From: a virus
Strand: one strand, 5' to 3'
Virus record (IMG/VR): IMGVR_UViG_3300044641_010298
Coordinates: 40,213-104,212 of that record
Length of the DNA: 64,000 bases
The notes under the pieces are model-generated. The model was not told the origin of the DNA, did not search any database, and was given only the letters and a program-made list of their open reading frames with translations. The position numbers and the translations under genes were made by a program. Shown piece after piece: positions 41,442 through 49,658 of the stretch. The number at the start of each line of letters is the position of its first letter. Within the stretch, counting starts at the first letter, position 1.

Positions 41442-42146
41442 TTATCCCAGAATATTAATGATCTCATAAGCCTGGATGACGCCATCCGGGCCCGATAGTA
41501 TCATATTTGTCAAATTTTCTTGATATTCTGGATCTATGTTACTAAAATTCACGTCCCTAAAAAAGACAAGTGCTTGCAAATAATTCATGTACAATTCTTT
41601 CATTTCTGGATCTGTTTTGTCAAACACAGATCTGAGCTCTTTAATCTCTGTGGATATAATTTTTTCTCTAGGAAAATCTCCTATTGACATCGATCTAGAT
41701 CTTATCTCAGCCATCTGGTTAAGGACATTATTTATTATTGATGAAATCTTATAGTATTTTCTCATAAATTCATCGCCGAATTTTTGTCTTTCTAGCGCTT
41801 GGAGCCCTGCAAATGTTTCTTCAATTTCTTGTCTTTTTAGACCTGGTGAAACATTTTTAATTACATCATAGAAATCATAGCTTTTGAAAAATGAAGAATT
41901 CACTCTAGAATTCTGTAGCATGTCTCTAAAGCTCTCAACTTCAAGAATTATGTCTGGATTAATGTCTTTGGAATTAGGACTCTCAAGAAAAATCTTGATG
42001 GAATATATGCGAGACTTAATTGTTTCATCTACTCCGAATCTCGCAAGAAGGGCACACATTAGCTGATAATCACTTTCCTGTGCAAGCTCATATGATTCCA
42101 AAAGAATCACACGAATTGCATGACGGATGGAATTTTCTTTTTTCAT
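41442..42146 (-). CDS. leader-motif protein with C-terminal GPxGxxQA motif
   Basis: 'ENSIRHAIRVILLE'; 'ILSGPDGVIQAYEII'. Confidence 0.7.
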   Translation of the reverse strand: MKKENSIRHAIRVILLESYELAQESDYQLMCALLARFGVDETIKSRIYSIKIFLESPNSKDINPDIILEVESFRDMLQNSRVNSSFFKSYDFYDVIKNVSPGLKRQEIEETFAGLQALERQKFGDEFMRKYYKISSIINNVLNQMAEIRSRSMSIGDFPREKIISTEIKELRSVFDKTDPEMKELYMNYLQALVFFRDVNFSNIDPEYQENLTNMILSGPDGVIQAYEIINILG

Positions 42147-42154
42147 GACTTTAA

Positions 42155-42868
42155 TTATTCCAGAACTGATGCAAGCTCTGCAGCCTGCATAAGACCTTCC
42201 GGACCCTCAGCAATAAGTTCGCTGAGCTTCTCTCGATATTCAGCGTCTATATTAGTAGTGTTGACCTTCCTAAATCGAGATGCGCTTCTCATGCAAGACA
42301 CGTAAGTTTCTATTGTTGATCTTGGGATTTTCTGCAATATGAATCTGAGCGAGCGTATATTGCGCTTGGCCCCATCATGAGCGCTGATACCTGCATAGCT
42401 CTCTTGACCCTCAGCAAGCATTCTCAAGTTCCTTGCTAGGCCAGAAATGGGAGTCCTAATGTAGACTTCGTGCTCAAATAAGAAGGAGAAATTCTCATCG
42501 ATCCATACTCTGATCCTTTTCCATATATCATTTCTCGAATCTACATCAGCATAATCGTAAGCTAGTCCTATAACACTGTCAAGATCTCTTCTTCTTGCCA
42601 ACTCAGGGTCAGAGAGGCCAGATTTCAGCGCTTTTCCTACGTTCTCAATGTATTCAATGTCATTTTGGTCAAAAGTTTCTCGAGCGGGGCTTGCCAGGAA
42701 TCTAGAGATTGAATCTGCGAACCTAACAACGTTGCTTCTTTCTTCATCGTTTAGCATTATCGAGCAGATAAAATAAGCATTATCATCTGCTGAAGATGAC
42801 TTATTTTCCTCTGAGTCCTGGATCTGCTCAAAGATGAGCTGCCGAATTAGAGATTCTTTTTTATTCAT
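42155..42868 (-). CDS. leader-motif protein with C-terminal GPxGxxQA motif
   Basis: 'ESLIRQLIFEQI'; 'IAEGPEGLMQAAELA'. Confidence 0.7.
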   Translation of the reverse strand: MNKKESLIRQLIFEQIQDSEENKSSSADDNAYFICSIMLNDEERSNVVRFADSISRFLASPARETFDQNDIEYIENVGKALKSGLSDPELARRRDLDSVIGLAYDYADVDSRNDIWKRIRVWIDENFSFLFEHEVYIRTPISGLARNLRMLAEGQESYAGISAHDGAKRNIRSLRFILQKIPRSTIETYVSCMRSASRFRKVNTTNIDAEYREKLSELIAEGPEGLMQAAELASVLE

Positions 42869-42901
42869 TGCACTTCTCTCTGATCTATTTGTTTGATGGA
42901 T

Positions 42902-43579
42902 TCAAATTATTGAGTAAATTTCCAAAGCCTGCAAGAATCCAGATCCGTCAGGGCCAATGATCTTCATGAGCTGCTGCTTCTTTATTTTTGGGATGTCCTT
43001 CATGTTGCTCGCCATCTCGTACATGGAATCCATCAGCCTAATGGCCTCCTCGAGGTCGTCCCTGTTGATCTTTTGAAGCTTTTCGATATCTGGCTTCATG
43101 CCTCGAGGTGTGTTGTTGTCACGGTTAAACTGGCCTGCGGCCCAGCCATTTGCAAGAGTCCAGAAGATCTGCGGGCTTACATCCTTCGCGACGCTGTCGT
43201 ATAGTTGACCCTTGATCCTTGAGATGAGCTTCTTCGCCCGAACTGGATCGTACCCGAGCGCCTCGATCACCACCTTGGGTGCCTCATCAAGGTCGAAAGG
43301 AAAATCCTCTCCGGATCCCATGGACATGATCCCAAGATCAGCGACCTCCTCAGCCTCCTTCTGAGACAGCATGCTGTCAAGACCGAGCTTGATGAGACGT
43401 TCCCTGTTCTCAGGGGTGAACTTTGCCGACCAGCCCGGTCCAGGATTGATGAGCCTCCGGAAGCAATCGACGTAGAGCTCAGCAGGAACACTCGGCGGAA
43501 GGATGCTCATCACAGTGTATCTCTCGAGCAGAAGTGTCTCACTGATGATGCTACGAATCAAGGCCTCTTGTCTTCTCAT
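42902..43579 (-). CDS. leader-motif protein with C-terminal GPDGSGFLQA motif
   Basis: 'EALIRSIISETLLLE'; 'IIGPDGSGFLQALEI'. Confidence 0.7.
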   Translation of the reverse strand: MRRQEALIRSIISETLLLERYTVMSILPPSVPAELYVDCFRRLINPGPGWSAKFTPENRERLIKLGLDSMLSQKEAEEVADLGIMSMGSGEDFPFDLDEAPKVVIEALGYDPVRAKKLISRIKGQLYDSVAKDVSPQIFWTLANGWAAGQFNRDNNTPRGMKPDIEKLQKINRDDLEEAIRLMDSMYEMASNMKDIPKIKKQQLMKIIGPDGSGFLQALEIYSII

Positions 43580-43706
43580 TGAATCTCCGATAGATTTACA
43601 TATCCCGGAAAGGGATTCGAAAATTTTTTGAAAACCTCAAAAACAAAGAGGGAACTTCCCGTCAGTCAAAAAATCCCAGAAGAACATCCGAGCCTAGCAG
43701 CAAAAA

Positions 43707-44042
43707 TCAAGCCTTTCTGGCAGAAAAAATGATGTCACCCTCACGTGAAAAATCATACGCGATCTTCTTTCCACCATAAGCAGATCTTAGCTTTGACAGG
43801 CGGACAAGGGCGCGCTCAGCTGCCTTCTCGCTAATACCGAGCATTCCTGCAATCATCCAGGGAAAAATGATATTTCCACCCTTGGCGCCGCCCATGCTGT
43901 CGACTATGTCAATTGCCGTCCTAAGAACTTCCTCTTCTACCTCTGTCAGAGGATCAGTGAAGTAGCCATCGTTGGATTCTCTAATCAGAGAAGAAATTTC
44001 ACGTCTTACGATTCGACGAAGATTTGACTCAGATATGTTCAT
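43707..44042 (-). CDS. leader-motif protein, possible winged-HTH
   Basis: 'MNISESNLRRIVRREI'; 'IAGMLGISEKAAERALVRL' HTH-like. Confidence 0.6.
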   Translation of the reverse strand: MNISESNLRRIVRREISSLIRESNDGYFTDPLTEVEEEVLRTAIDIVDSMGGAKGGNIIFPWMIAGMLGISEKAAERALVRLSKLRSAYGGKKIAYDFSREGDIIFSARKA

Positions 44043-44055
44043 GATTTTTTCTCCT

Positions 44056-44928
44056 CTAGTTCACGTCAACGACAAGGATCTTTCCACGAAGATTCTGTCT
44101 CGCCTCGACGGCAGCCTGCTTGATCATTTTTCTAAGCAATTTGAACGCCTCCTGGACCTCCTCGGGTGCGGTCTCGAAAGCTTCAGAAAAAACAAATCCC
44201 TTGCCCGTGATGAGCTCCTGCGTCATCACCTCGGCAAGTGACTCAATATAGGAGCCGAGCTCTCCCTTCCTGGCAGAACCCATCGTTAGATACTTGTCGA
44301 AAGGAACATTAGCGCCCTCATCAATGATAGGAAATAGAGGATCATCAGGGCCCGCATAGTAGGTCTTGCTGCCAAGCTCGATGAAAGTGGGAGAGATCTT
44401 TGAAACCTCCTTGGCCGAATCATCATCCATACCATCAATGTTGAAAAATGCGTGGAAGATCATCCAGGGAGATGCCATGGTCCCACGCTCGGCGCCCGAG
44501 GTCGTATACAGTAAGATCAGATCATCAGGGCCCAGGTCATCAGGAGTTTTCCGATAGCCCATCTTCTGCATCTGTTTGATCTTTCTAGGCGTCAACGTCA
44601 GGACAATACCCCGGTTTGTGACACCATCAGTGAAATCTGTCCCACGTGCGTCAATGTCCTCAATATTTCCGACATAGGGCGCGACAAAGACTCGAAATGG
44701 AAGATGTGCGTAAAGTCGGAGCGCCGTATCTTCAAACTTCTTGCTAAGCGCAAGAGCCGTCGCCGCCCGGGGATTGGGAGAATATTGACCAGTTCCGCCT
44801 GCTTCAAAATCTTTGCTAGGCTTTCTTGAAAAACCAACGCCCAGCCTTCCAGCATAGGGCATCTCATCTAGCTTTCGAGAAAGCTCTTCTCTAATGATCT
44901 GCCTGATCGTGCTCTCTAGTATTCTCAA
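44056..44928 (-). CDS. leader-motif protein
   Basis: 'MRILESTIRQIIREEL'; GATATGTAG upstream. Confidence 0.7.
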   Translation of the reverse strand: MRILESTIRQIIREELSRKLDEMPYAGRLGVGFSRKPSKDFEAGGTGQYSPNPRAATALALSKKFEDTALRLYAHLPFRVFVAPYVGNIEDIDARGTDFTDGVTNRGIVLTLTPRKIKQMQKMGYRKTPDDLGPDDLILLYTTSGAERGTMASPWMIFHAFFNIDGMDDDSAKEVSKISPTFIELGSKTYYAGPDDPLFPIIDEGANVPFDKYLTMGSARKGELGSYIESLAEVMTQELITGKGFVFSEAFETAPEEVQEAFKLLRKMIKQAAVEARQNLRGKILVVDVN

Positions 44929-44960
44929 GTGAAATCCTTGTTAGGGCTACATATCGAGGC

Positions 44961-45277
44961 TCAAAAGTGACCCATTTTTCCCGGGAAATTTTTAGGACCA
45001 CTTTTGATTCCCAAAATTCTCTCGGCCCAGATTTTTGAGCTCGCGCGGGAGCCCTCGGCAGATGATGGGGGCGATGGGCCCTTCGGGTCAAATTTTCTCG
45101 GGAAATTTTCGGGAGATCGCGGGAATGAGGGAAAATCAGCGATCCGGGTGAGAGGGCTGACTTGTTTAAGTCAAAATTTTCCGGGCGGTCGGCGGAGACT
45201 TAGGCGGCCCCGGCGCCCTGCAGGGAGCGCCGGTGGGCTTGGGACCCTGGGGGGCCCGCCCGGGGCGGGCCCCCCAG
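44961..45277. repeat. non-coding boundary element with palindromes and A/T tracts
   Basis: TCAAAAGTG(44961)/CACTTTTGA(45007) around TTTCCCGGGAAA(44977-88); recurring AAATTTT next to CGGG; 15-bp perfect inverted repeat CTGGGGGGCCCGCCC-G-GGGCGGGCCCCCCAG at 45247-45277. Confidence 0.75.
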
Positions 45278-45421
45278 CCCCCTGCCATAGGGCCCCCTGG
45301 GGCGCCCCCTGCCCTGCCAGGGGTAGCCCTGACGCTACACGAGCCCTACCCAGCCCCGGGCAGCAGGGTGGGCAGCGTCCGCCAGAATGCAGGGCTGGGG
45401 GGCAGACTGCCCGGTGGCTAC

Positions 45422-45523
45422 CTACAGCAGGCTGAGGATCCAGGCGCTGATGACCGAGCCGGCAACACCGAGGGCCACCATCGTGACCACCTGGCGGCGT
45501 GTCATGAACCAGTTCCACTCCAT
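45422..45523 (-). CDS. 33-aa membrane peptide
   Basis: MEWNWFMTRRQVVTMVALGVAGSVISAWILSLL; GGAGG SD and cassette promoter upstream. Confidence 0.55.
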   Translation of the reverse strand: MEWNWFMTRRQVVTMVALGVAGSVISAWILSLL

Positions 45524-45576
45524 GTTGCTCCTCCCTACCTGATCATAGTACCACAGCGGGTCGCGGTGACACGCGG

Positions 45577-46365
45577 CTACGGGTTCTTTGGATCCCAGCG
45601 CCTCTGCTCGGGGATCGACTCGGTGTACAGCCGCACCGCTCGGGCAACATCTGTGTGCCCAGCCGACTCTGCCAGCCGCGCGATGGCGTTGCCCTCTCTC
45701 TCTATGATGTCGTTCATCATCTGTGACACCTGGCTGATGTCCTCTGGCATCGTGTTATAGACATCCCTGAGGTAATCAGCTGACACCTGGTAGGCATCGT
45801 CTGTCTTGTCGAGGAAGTCGATTGTGCTGAGGCCGTAGCCGCCCCACTTGATCATCTTGAAGGCTCCCTCGATGACAGTGCCGGCGCGGATCTCCACCAT
45901 GTCCATGAGCGCGCCGACATAGCCCAGGATTGACATGCCCATGAAGAAGATGGAGATGTGGTAGGCGGTCTCGTAGGCTTCTAGCACGGTGGCTCGCTGC
46001 GCCGGGTCCAGCCTCTCCTGCTGCGCGAGCGCATCCTCGTACCTCTTCTTCGCCAGCGAGAACTGGACGACAGAGGTGAGCAGCGCTGTTGTGTCAAATA
46101 TGAACCCAGTGTACCTCAGGTTCCCCTGGATGAAGTTGGTGACGAAGCCGAACAGGTCGTTGATCGCGCTGATCGACTGGAGGCTGTCCTCCATGTCTTG
46201 AGTGTCTAGCATCTGCAGCACATCAGCGTGAGAGGCTGCGACCGTGGCTGCTGGGTTCTTGTGTGCTAGCCGCCCGGTGTCTGGCTCGAAGGTCCCGAGC
46301 TCAGCCTCTCTCAGCAGCTCTCTCACCGCCTCTCGAAGCAGGCGGCCCTGTGTCGTCACGCTCAT
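45577..46365 (-). CDS. leader-motif protein with hydrophobic segments
   Basis: 262 aa; 'RLLREAVRELLRE'; GATATGTAG upstream. Confidence 0.65.
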   Translation of the reverse strand: MSVTTQGRLLREAVRELLREAELGTFEPDTGRLAHKNPAATVAASHADVLQMLDTQDMEDSLQSISAINDLFGFVTNFIQGNLRYTGFIFDTTALLTSVVQFSLAKKRYEDALAQQERLDPAQRATVLEAYETAYHISIFFMGMSILGYVGALMDMVEIRAGTVIEGAFKMIKWGGYGLSTIDFLDKTDDAYQVSADYLRDVYNTMPEDISQVSQMMNDIIEREGNAIARLAESAGHTDVARAVRLYTESIPEQRRWDPKNP

Positions 46366-46403
46366 CGTGTAGCCCCATGTTGAGGCTACATATCACCCGC
46401 CGA

Positions 46404-46727
46404 TCAGCTGTGGACCAGGGCCTTGCACATCCGGGCGATCGCCACCCGACCACCGCGGCCGATCAGCAGGTCCGGGTCGTGCCCCTCGGTCACGGACAGG
46501 GTGGCCTCGGGGACACCGTGGCCGACGGGCTTCGGCATCCGGGGGAGGAGCCCGTTCCAGTTCACCTTGAACCGGGTCGGGTACCGGGGATCCATGCGGT
46601 CGGTGGCCACGAACTTGTGCTCCTGGCCTTCGGGGCCGACCGCGATCCCGCTGACCGCGGTGGTGCCCAGGGGGGAGACCGTGACGGAGGTGATCTTGAA
46701 GGTCCAGCGGAGGTTGGCGGTGGCCAT
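46404..46727 (-). CDS. cassette protein family A, paralog of 57596..57928
   Basis: shares 'HKFVATDRMDPRYPTRFKVNWNGL.PRMPKPVGHGV'. Confidence 0.85.
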   Translation of the reverse strand: MATANLRWTFKITSVTVSPLGTTAVSGIAVGPEGQEHKFVATDRMDPRYPTRFKVNWNGLLPRMPKPVGHGVPEATLSVTEGHDPDLLIGRGGRVAIARMCKALVHS

Positions 46728-46796
46728 GTTGTCGTCCTTGGTTTGGGGTCCGTTAGCTCAGACATCATACCATTCAACGCCTGAGGCGCACGGGCC

Positions 46797-46916
46797 TCAG
46801 TTGAGGCAGTTGATCAGCGGGCAGATCCCGGAGAGGTAGACGAGGGCCGCGACATTGGCGACGAAGAGGGACCCAGCGATCGAGACGGTGCCCCAGATGA
46901 CGGTGTCGGTGGTCAT
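46797..46916 (-). CDS. 39-aa membrane peptide
   Basis: MTTDTVIWGTVSIAGSLFVANVAALVYLSGICPLINCLN; AAGGAGG SD. Confidence 0.65.
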   Translation of the reverse strand: MTTDTVIWGTVSIAGSLFVANVAALVYLSGICPLINCLN

Positions 46917-46933
46917 TTGATTCCTCCTTCCTG

Positions 46934-46952
46934 GGCGGTGTCCATCACCGCC
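46934..46952 (-). promoter_or_regulatory. AUGGA-loop leader hairpin (copy 1 of 6)
   Basis: GGCGGUG-AUGGA-CACCGCC upstream of SD. Confidence 0.7.
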
Positions 46953-46998
46953 TCCTTGCCAGATCATCATACCATTCAGCGGTCAGCCCGCACGGGCT

Positions 46999-47208
46999 TC
47001 AGTGGTTGGCGATCCGGTTCGCCGCGGTCCGGTCGAGGTCCCAGCCCTTCTGCTGGACCGTCTGGTGGCTCGTGTCGACCAGGTCCTTCACCTCACCGCC
47101 CACCGTCCGGACAGTGAAGTTGCGGCCCGCAACCTCGATCACCTCAGCCGCCATCCACTCACCTCGGATCCGAACCACCAGGCTCTCACCAATCAGGGGA
47201 TTGACCAT
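46999..47208 (-). CDS. small SH3/Tudor-like cassette protein
   Basis: 69 aa; AAGGAGG SD; 'GESLVVRIRGEWMAAEV'. Confidence 0.7.
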   Translation of the reverse strand: MVNPLIGESLVVRIRGEWMAAEVIEVAGRNFTVRTVGGEVKDLVDTSHQTVQQKGWDLDRTAANRIANH

Positions 47209-47261
47209 GTTGCCTCCTTGTGATCCTATTCTACCACCGCGACCCTGCCCCGCACGGGCCG

Positions 47262-47543
47262 TCAGCCGACCATGAAGGCCGCCATCGGGACCCGCAGCGG
47301 GCGGCAGGCCGTCACCTCGGCCACCCAGGCCTCGTGCTTCGCCTCGGCCTCCGCCTCGAGCCGGGCCCGCTCACGCCACTCATCCTCGAGGTCCCGGGTC
47401 GCCGCCTCCCAGCCCTCCGCCGTGTCGTCCTCCGGGCGGTACCACCGCGGCTTGATGTTGTGGACCGCCTTGAAGGCGTCGACGAAGTTGTAGAAGGCCT
47501 CGACCTGGGCGTGGGTGGCGAAGGAGGCGGTGTTGATGGCCAT
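47262..47543 (-). CDS. cassette hypothetical protein
   Basis: 93 aa; 'DAFKAVHNIKPR'; own promoter. Confidence 0.75.
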   Translation of the reverse strand: MAINTASFATHAQVEAFYNFVDAFKAVHNIKPRWYRPEDDTAEGWEAATRDLEDEWRERARLEAEAEAKHEAWVAEVTACRPLRVPMAAFMVG

Positions 47544-47611
47544 GTTTGACTCCGTTCTCTGAGGTTGCCTAGCTCTGTTATTCTACCAACGGGTCCCAGG
47601 GACGCACGGGC

Positions 47612-47824
47612 CTACGTGAATCTTGAGCGGCGCCTTGCATCGATGTAGGCATCACCGGAGTCTTCAGCATCGCCAAACATTGGCTGAAACCGCTTGCTGT
47701 AGTGAGATCGGGTCGCTGTCTCGTCTTCCTCAGGCTCCCGCCAGGTCTCAGGGTCTTGATCGGGATCAGGCTTTCGTAGCTCTTCTCTGATGATGTGTCG
47801 AAGCTGGCGCTCGGTGATCCTCAC
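47612..47824 (-). CDS. leader-motif protein (MRITERQLRHIIREEL)
   Basis: 70 aa; GATATGTAG upstream. Confidence 0.75.
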   Translation of the reverse strand: MRITERQLRHIIREELRKPDPDQDPETWREPEEDETATRSHYSKRFQPMFGDAEDSGDAYIDARRRSRFT

Positions 47825-47920
47825 ATGTGCCCCTAGATGGGTCTACATATCGCCCTGGGCCAACAGCGACAACATCGCACAGACACAAGTCAGGCCCCAG
47901 TGACGGGGCCCGAGGTGGTG

Positions 47921-48301
47921 TTAGCGCGAGCGCTTGATTTGCAAGCCGTGCGGAACTCTTCCCGCCTCTATGCGGCTCTGGATCTCACCGGCTGGTAGAT
48001 CCAAGAATTCATCCGGATCGTCGCCGTACTCGTACTCATCCTCGTCTGGCTCATCGAGGTCGAGATTTGAAAACATGTCATCAAACTTCTTGCCAAAGTC
48101 AGGGTCAGTGAGCTTGGGTCGCCTGAACATTGTGGGCTCTCTCATCTTGCGGGCGGTCTCTGCACCCGGGCCAGAGAAGTCATCCATCCCAGACTCCTCG
48201 TAATCGCCTGTCTCTGGGTTCTTGCGGAATGTAACGCCCTTCCTCATCTCATTCAGCTCCTCGCGGACTATCCGGCGAAGCTGGCCCTCAGTGATCCTCA
48301 T
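47921..48301 (-). CDS. leader-motif protein (MRITEGQLRRIVREEL)
   Basis: 126 aa, acidic; GATATGTAG upstream. Confidence 0.8.
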   Translation of the reverse strand: MRITEGQLRRIVREELNEMRKGVTFRKNPETGDYEESGMDDFSGPGAETARKMREPTMFRRPKLTDPDFGKKFDDMFSNLDLDEPDEDEYEYGDDPDEFLDLPAGEIQSRIEAGRVPHGLQIKRSR

Positions 48302-48459
48302 GATGTGCCTCCTGTGATTCTACATATCGCCCCGCTCACCCAGTGCAGGATCAATGTTGCGCAGCGCCAGATCGCGCCCCTTGCATCAGGATCTCGGCGC
48401 CGTGATGCACATCGGGCGCCCCCAGACCGCATCTCCTGCAGCCTGTGGCGCCCTAGTGA

Positions 48460-48777
48460 TTAAGCCTTTGAACGCTTCCAGGCCATGTAGGCTGCCCTTC
48501 CCTCTTCAGCTGATCCGAAGTCCTGTCCGTGAGAAGGATGCGAAGATGGGAACTTGAGGCCGTAACGGAACTCATAATCAGCCTCTGACTCACCGGGACC
48601 GTCGTCGTCAACTCCGTAGTTCATCTCAGCGCTGCGGTCGTAGTCATATCCGCTGCTGTACCCGCCGCCGTAATAGCCGCTACCACCGTATTTGCTCCCG
48701 CCGCGGCGGTAGGTCTCTGTCATCCTGCTGATCTCTTCCTTGATGATCTTTCTCAACTGCGATGCTGTGATTCTCAT
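48460..48777 (-). CDS. leader-motif protein (MRITASQLRKIIKEEI), Gly/Tyr-rich
   Basis: 105 aa; GATAAGTAC upstream. Confidence 0.8.
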   Translation of the reverse strand: MRITASQLRKIIKEEISRMTETYRRGGSKYGGSGYYGGGYSSGYDYDRSAEMNYGVDDDGPGESEADYEFRYGLKFPSSHPSHGQDFGSAEEGRAAYMAWKRSKA

Positions 48778-48894
48778 GTGATCCTCTTGGTGTCTGTACT
48801 TATCACCATCCGTAGAACTTTAGCAGCGTTGTGAACACAACATTCCAGAACAGGATCAGCGTTGCCTTCAACAGGGTATCGAGGACCCAGAGCT

Positions 48895-49110
48895 CTACAG
48901 CCTGCCGTGTGATTCGAGCATGGTCACCACCTCGGGCGGTAGCTCCTCCTTCAGGATGCTCTGTGTCCCCACGCGGCCGTCCTTCGTCTTGTAGCCGATC
49001 TGCCATCCGTGCCTCACCTTCTGCTCTACCTCTAGCTCTGTCCCCTTGGGCCACTCAGTGCCGAAGCGGGTCGTGTACTTCTGCTTGAGAGTTACAACTT
49101 CACCAACCAT
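48895..49110 (-). CDS. SH3-like hypothetical protein
   Basis: 71 aa; AAGGAGG SD. Confidence 0.7.
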   Translation of the reverse strand: MVGEVVTLKQKYTTRFGTEWPKGTELEVEQKVRHGWQIGYKTKDGRVGTQSILKEELPPEVVTMLESHGRL

Positions 49111-49120
49111 TCTCTCCTCC

Positions 49121-49447
49121 TTAGCCTAGCGCCCAGCAGAGCGCAGCGAAAGCGATTGTGAATCCGATCTCCATCACCACCCGGGCCACATCTCTCGCCA
49201 GCGGCGGCGGCATCACCAGGAGCGACAAGCCCACCAGCCCGAGGGCAGCGGAGTACATGATCACATTGGCGATCAGGAACGCCGTCCCCCAGCCCCCAGC
49301 GATCAGGAGCACCGTGAGCAGGGACCAGCACCCGCGGAGCATGAGCGCCCAGGTTGGGTCATTCGCTCGCAGCGCCCGCCACATGTCCCAGATGGTCAGG
49401 GCGCCCCAGAGAATTGCACCGATCGATGGCATAGAACATCCTAACAC
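49121..49447 (-). CDS. multi-pass membrane protein
   Basis: several hydrophobic helices; start may be 49432. Confidence 0.6.
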   Translation of the reverse strand: MLGCSMPSIGAILWGALTIWDMWRALRANDPTWALMLRGCWSLLTVLLIAGGWGTAFLIANVIMYSAALGLVGLSLLVMPPPLARDVARVVMEIGFTIAFAALCWALG

Positions 49448-49465
49448 CCAGTGGGTGCTTGTGTA

Positions 49466-49606
49466 TCAGGTTCGAGAGATCTGGGAACAGACCACCAGCA
49501 TCACGACCCAAGCGACCATCAGGCCCAGGAGCCAGGCGGGGCCGTCGGACCAGGCGATGTGATCGACGGCCATGAGCTGGTGGAAACCCGAGATGACGTT
49601 GTCCAT
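49466..49606 (-). CDS. 46-aa membrane peptide
   Basis: MDNVISGFHQ...WLLGLMVAWVVMLVVCSQISRT; GGAGG SD and cassette promoter. Confidence 0.6.
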   Translation of the reverse strand: MDNVISGFHQLMAVDHIAWSDGPAWLLGLMVAWVVMLVVCSQISRT

Positions 49607-49658
49607 TCTTCCCTCCGTGGATCTATTATAACACGTGACCAAGATCCTGCACGGGTCT

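Larger units (their letters stand above)
5795..48803 (-). promoter_or_regulatory. dispersed ATAnnTA late-promoter-like motif
   Basis: minus-strand ATATGTA at 39729, 43597, 44948, 46387, 47844, 48321; ATAAGTA at 48797; ATAATTA at 30387, 41439, 42152; ATAGTTA at 5795, 28320; all just upstream of structural or leader-motif genes. Confidence 0.6.

Noticed and set aside
44900-45500. Chimeric assembly or prophage-host junction at the GC shift
   Set aside because: The leader family, the GATATGTAG motif and an identical 17-mer occur on both sides, and the right side has no bacterial housekeeping genes. Not formally excluded without reads.
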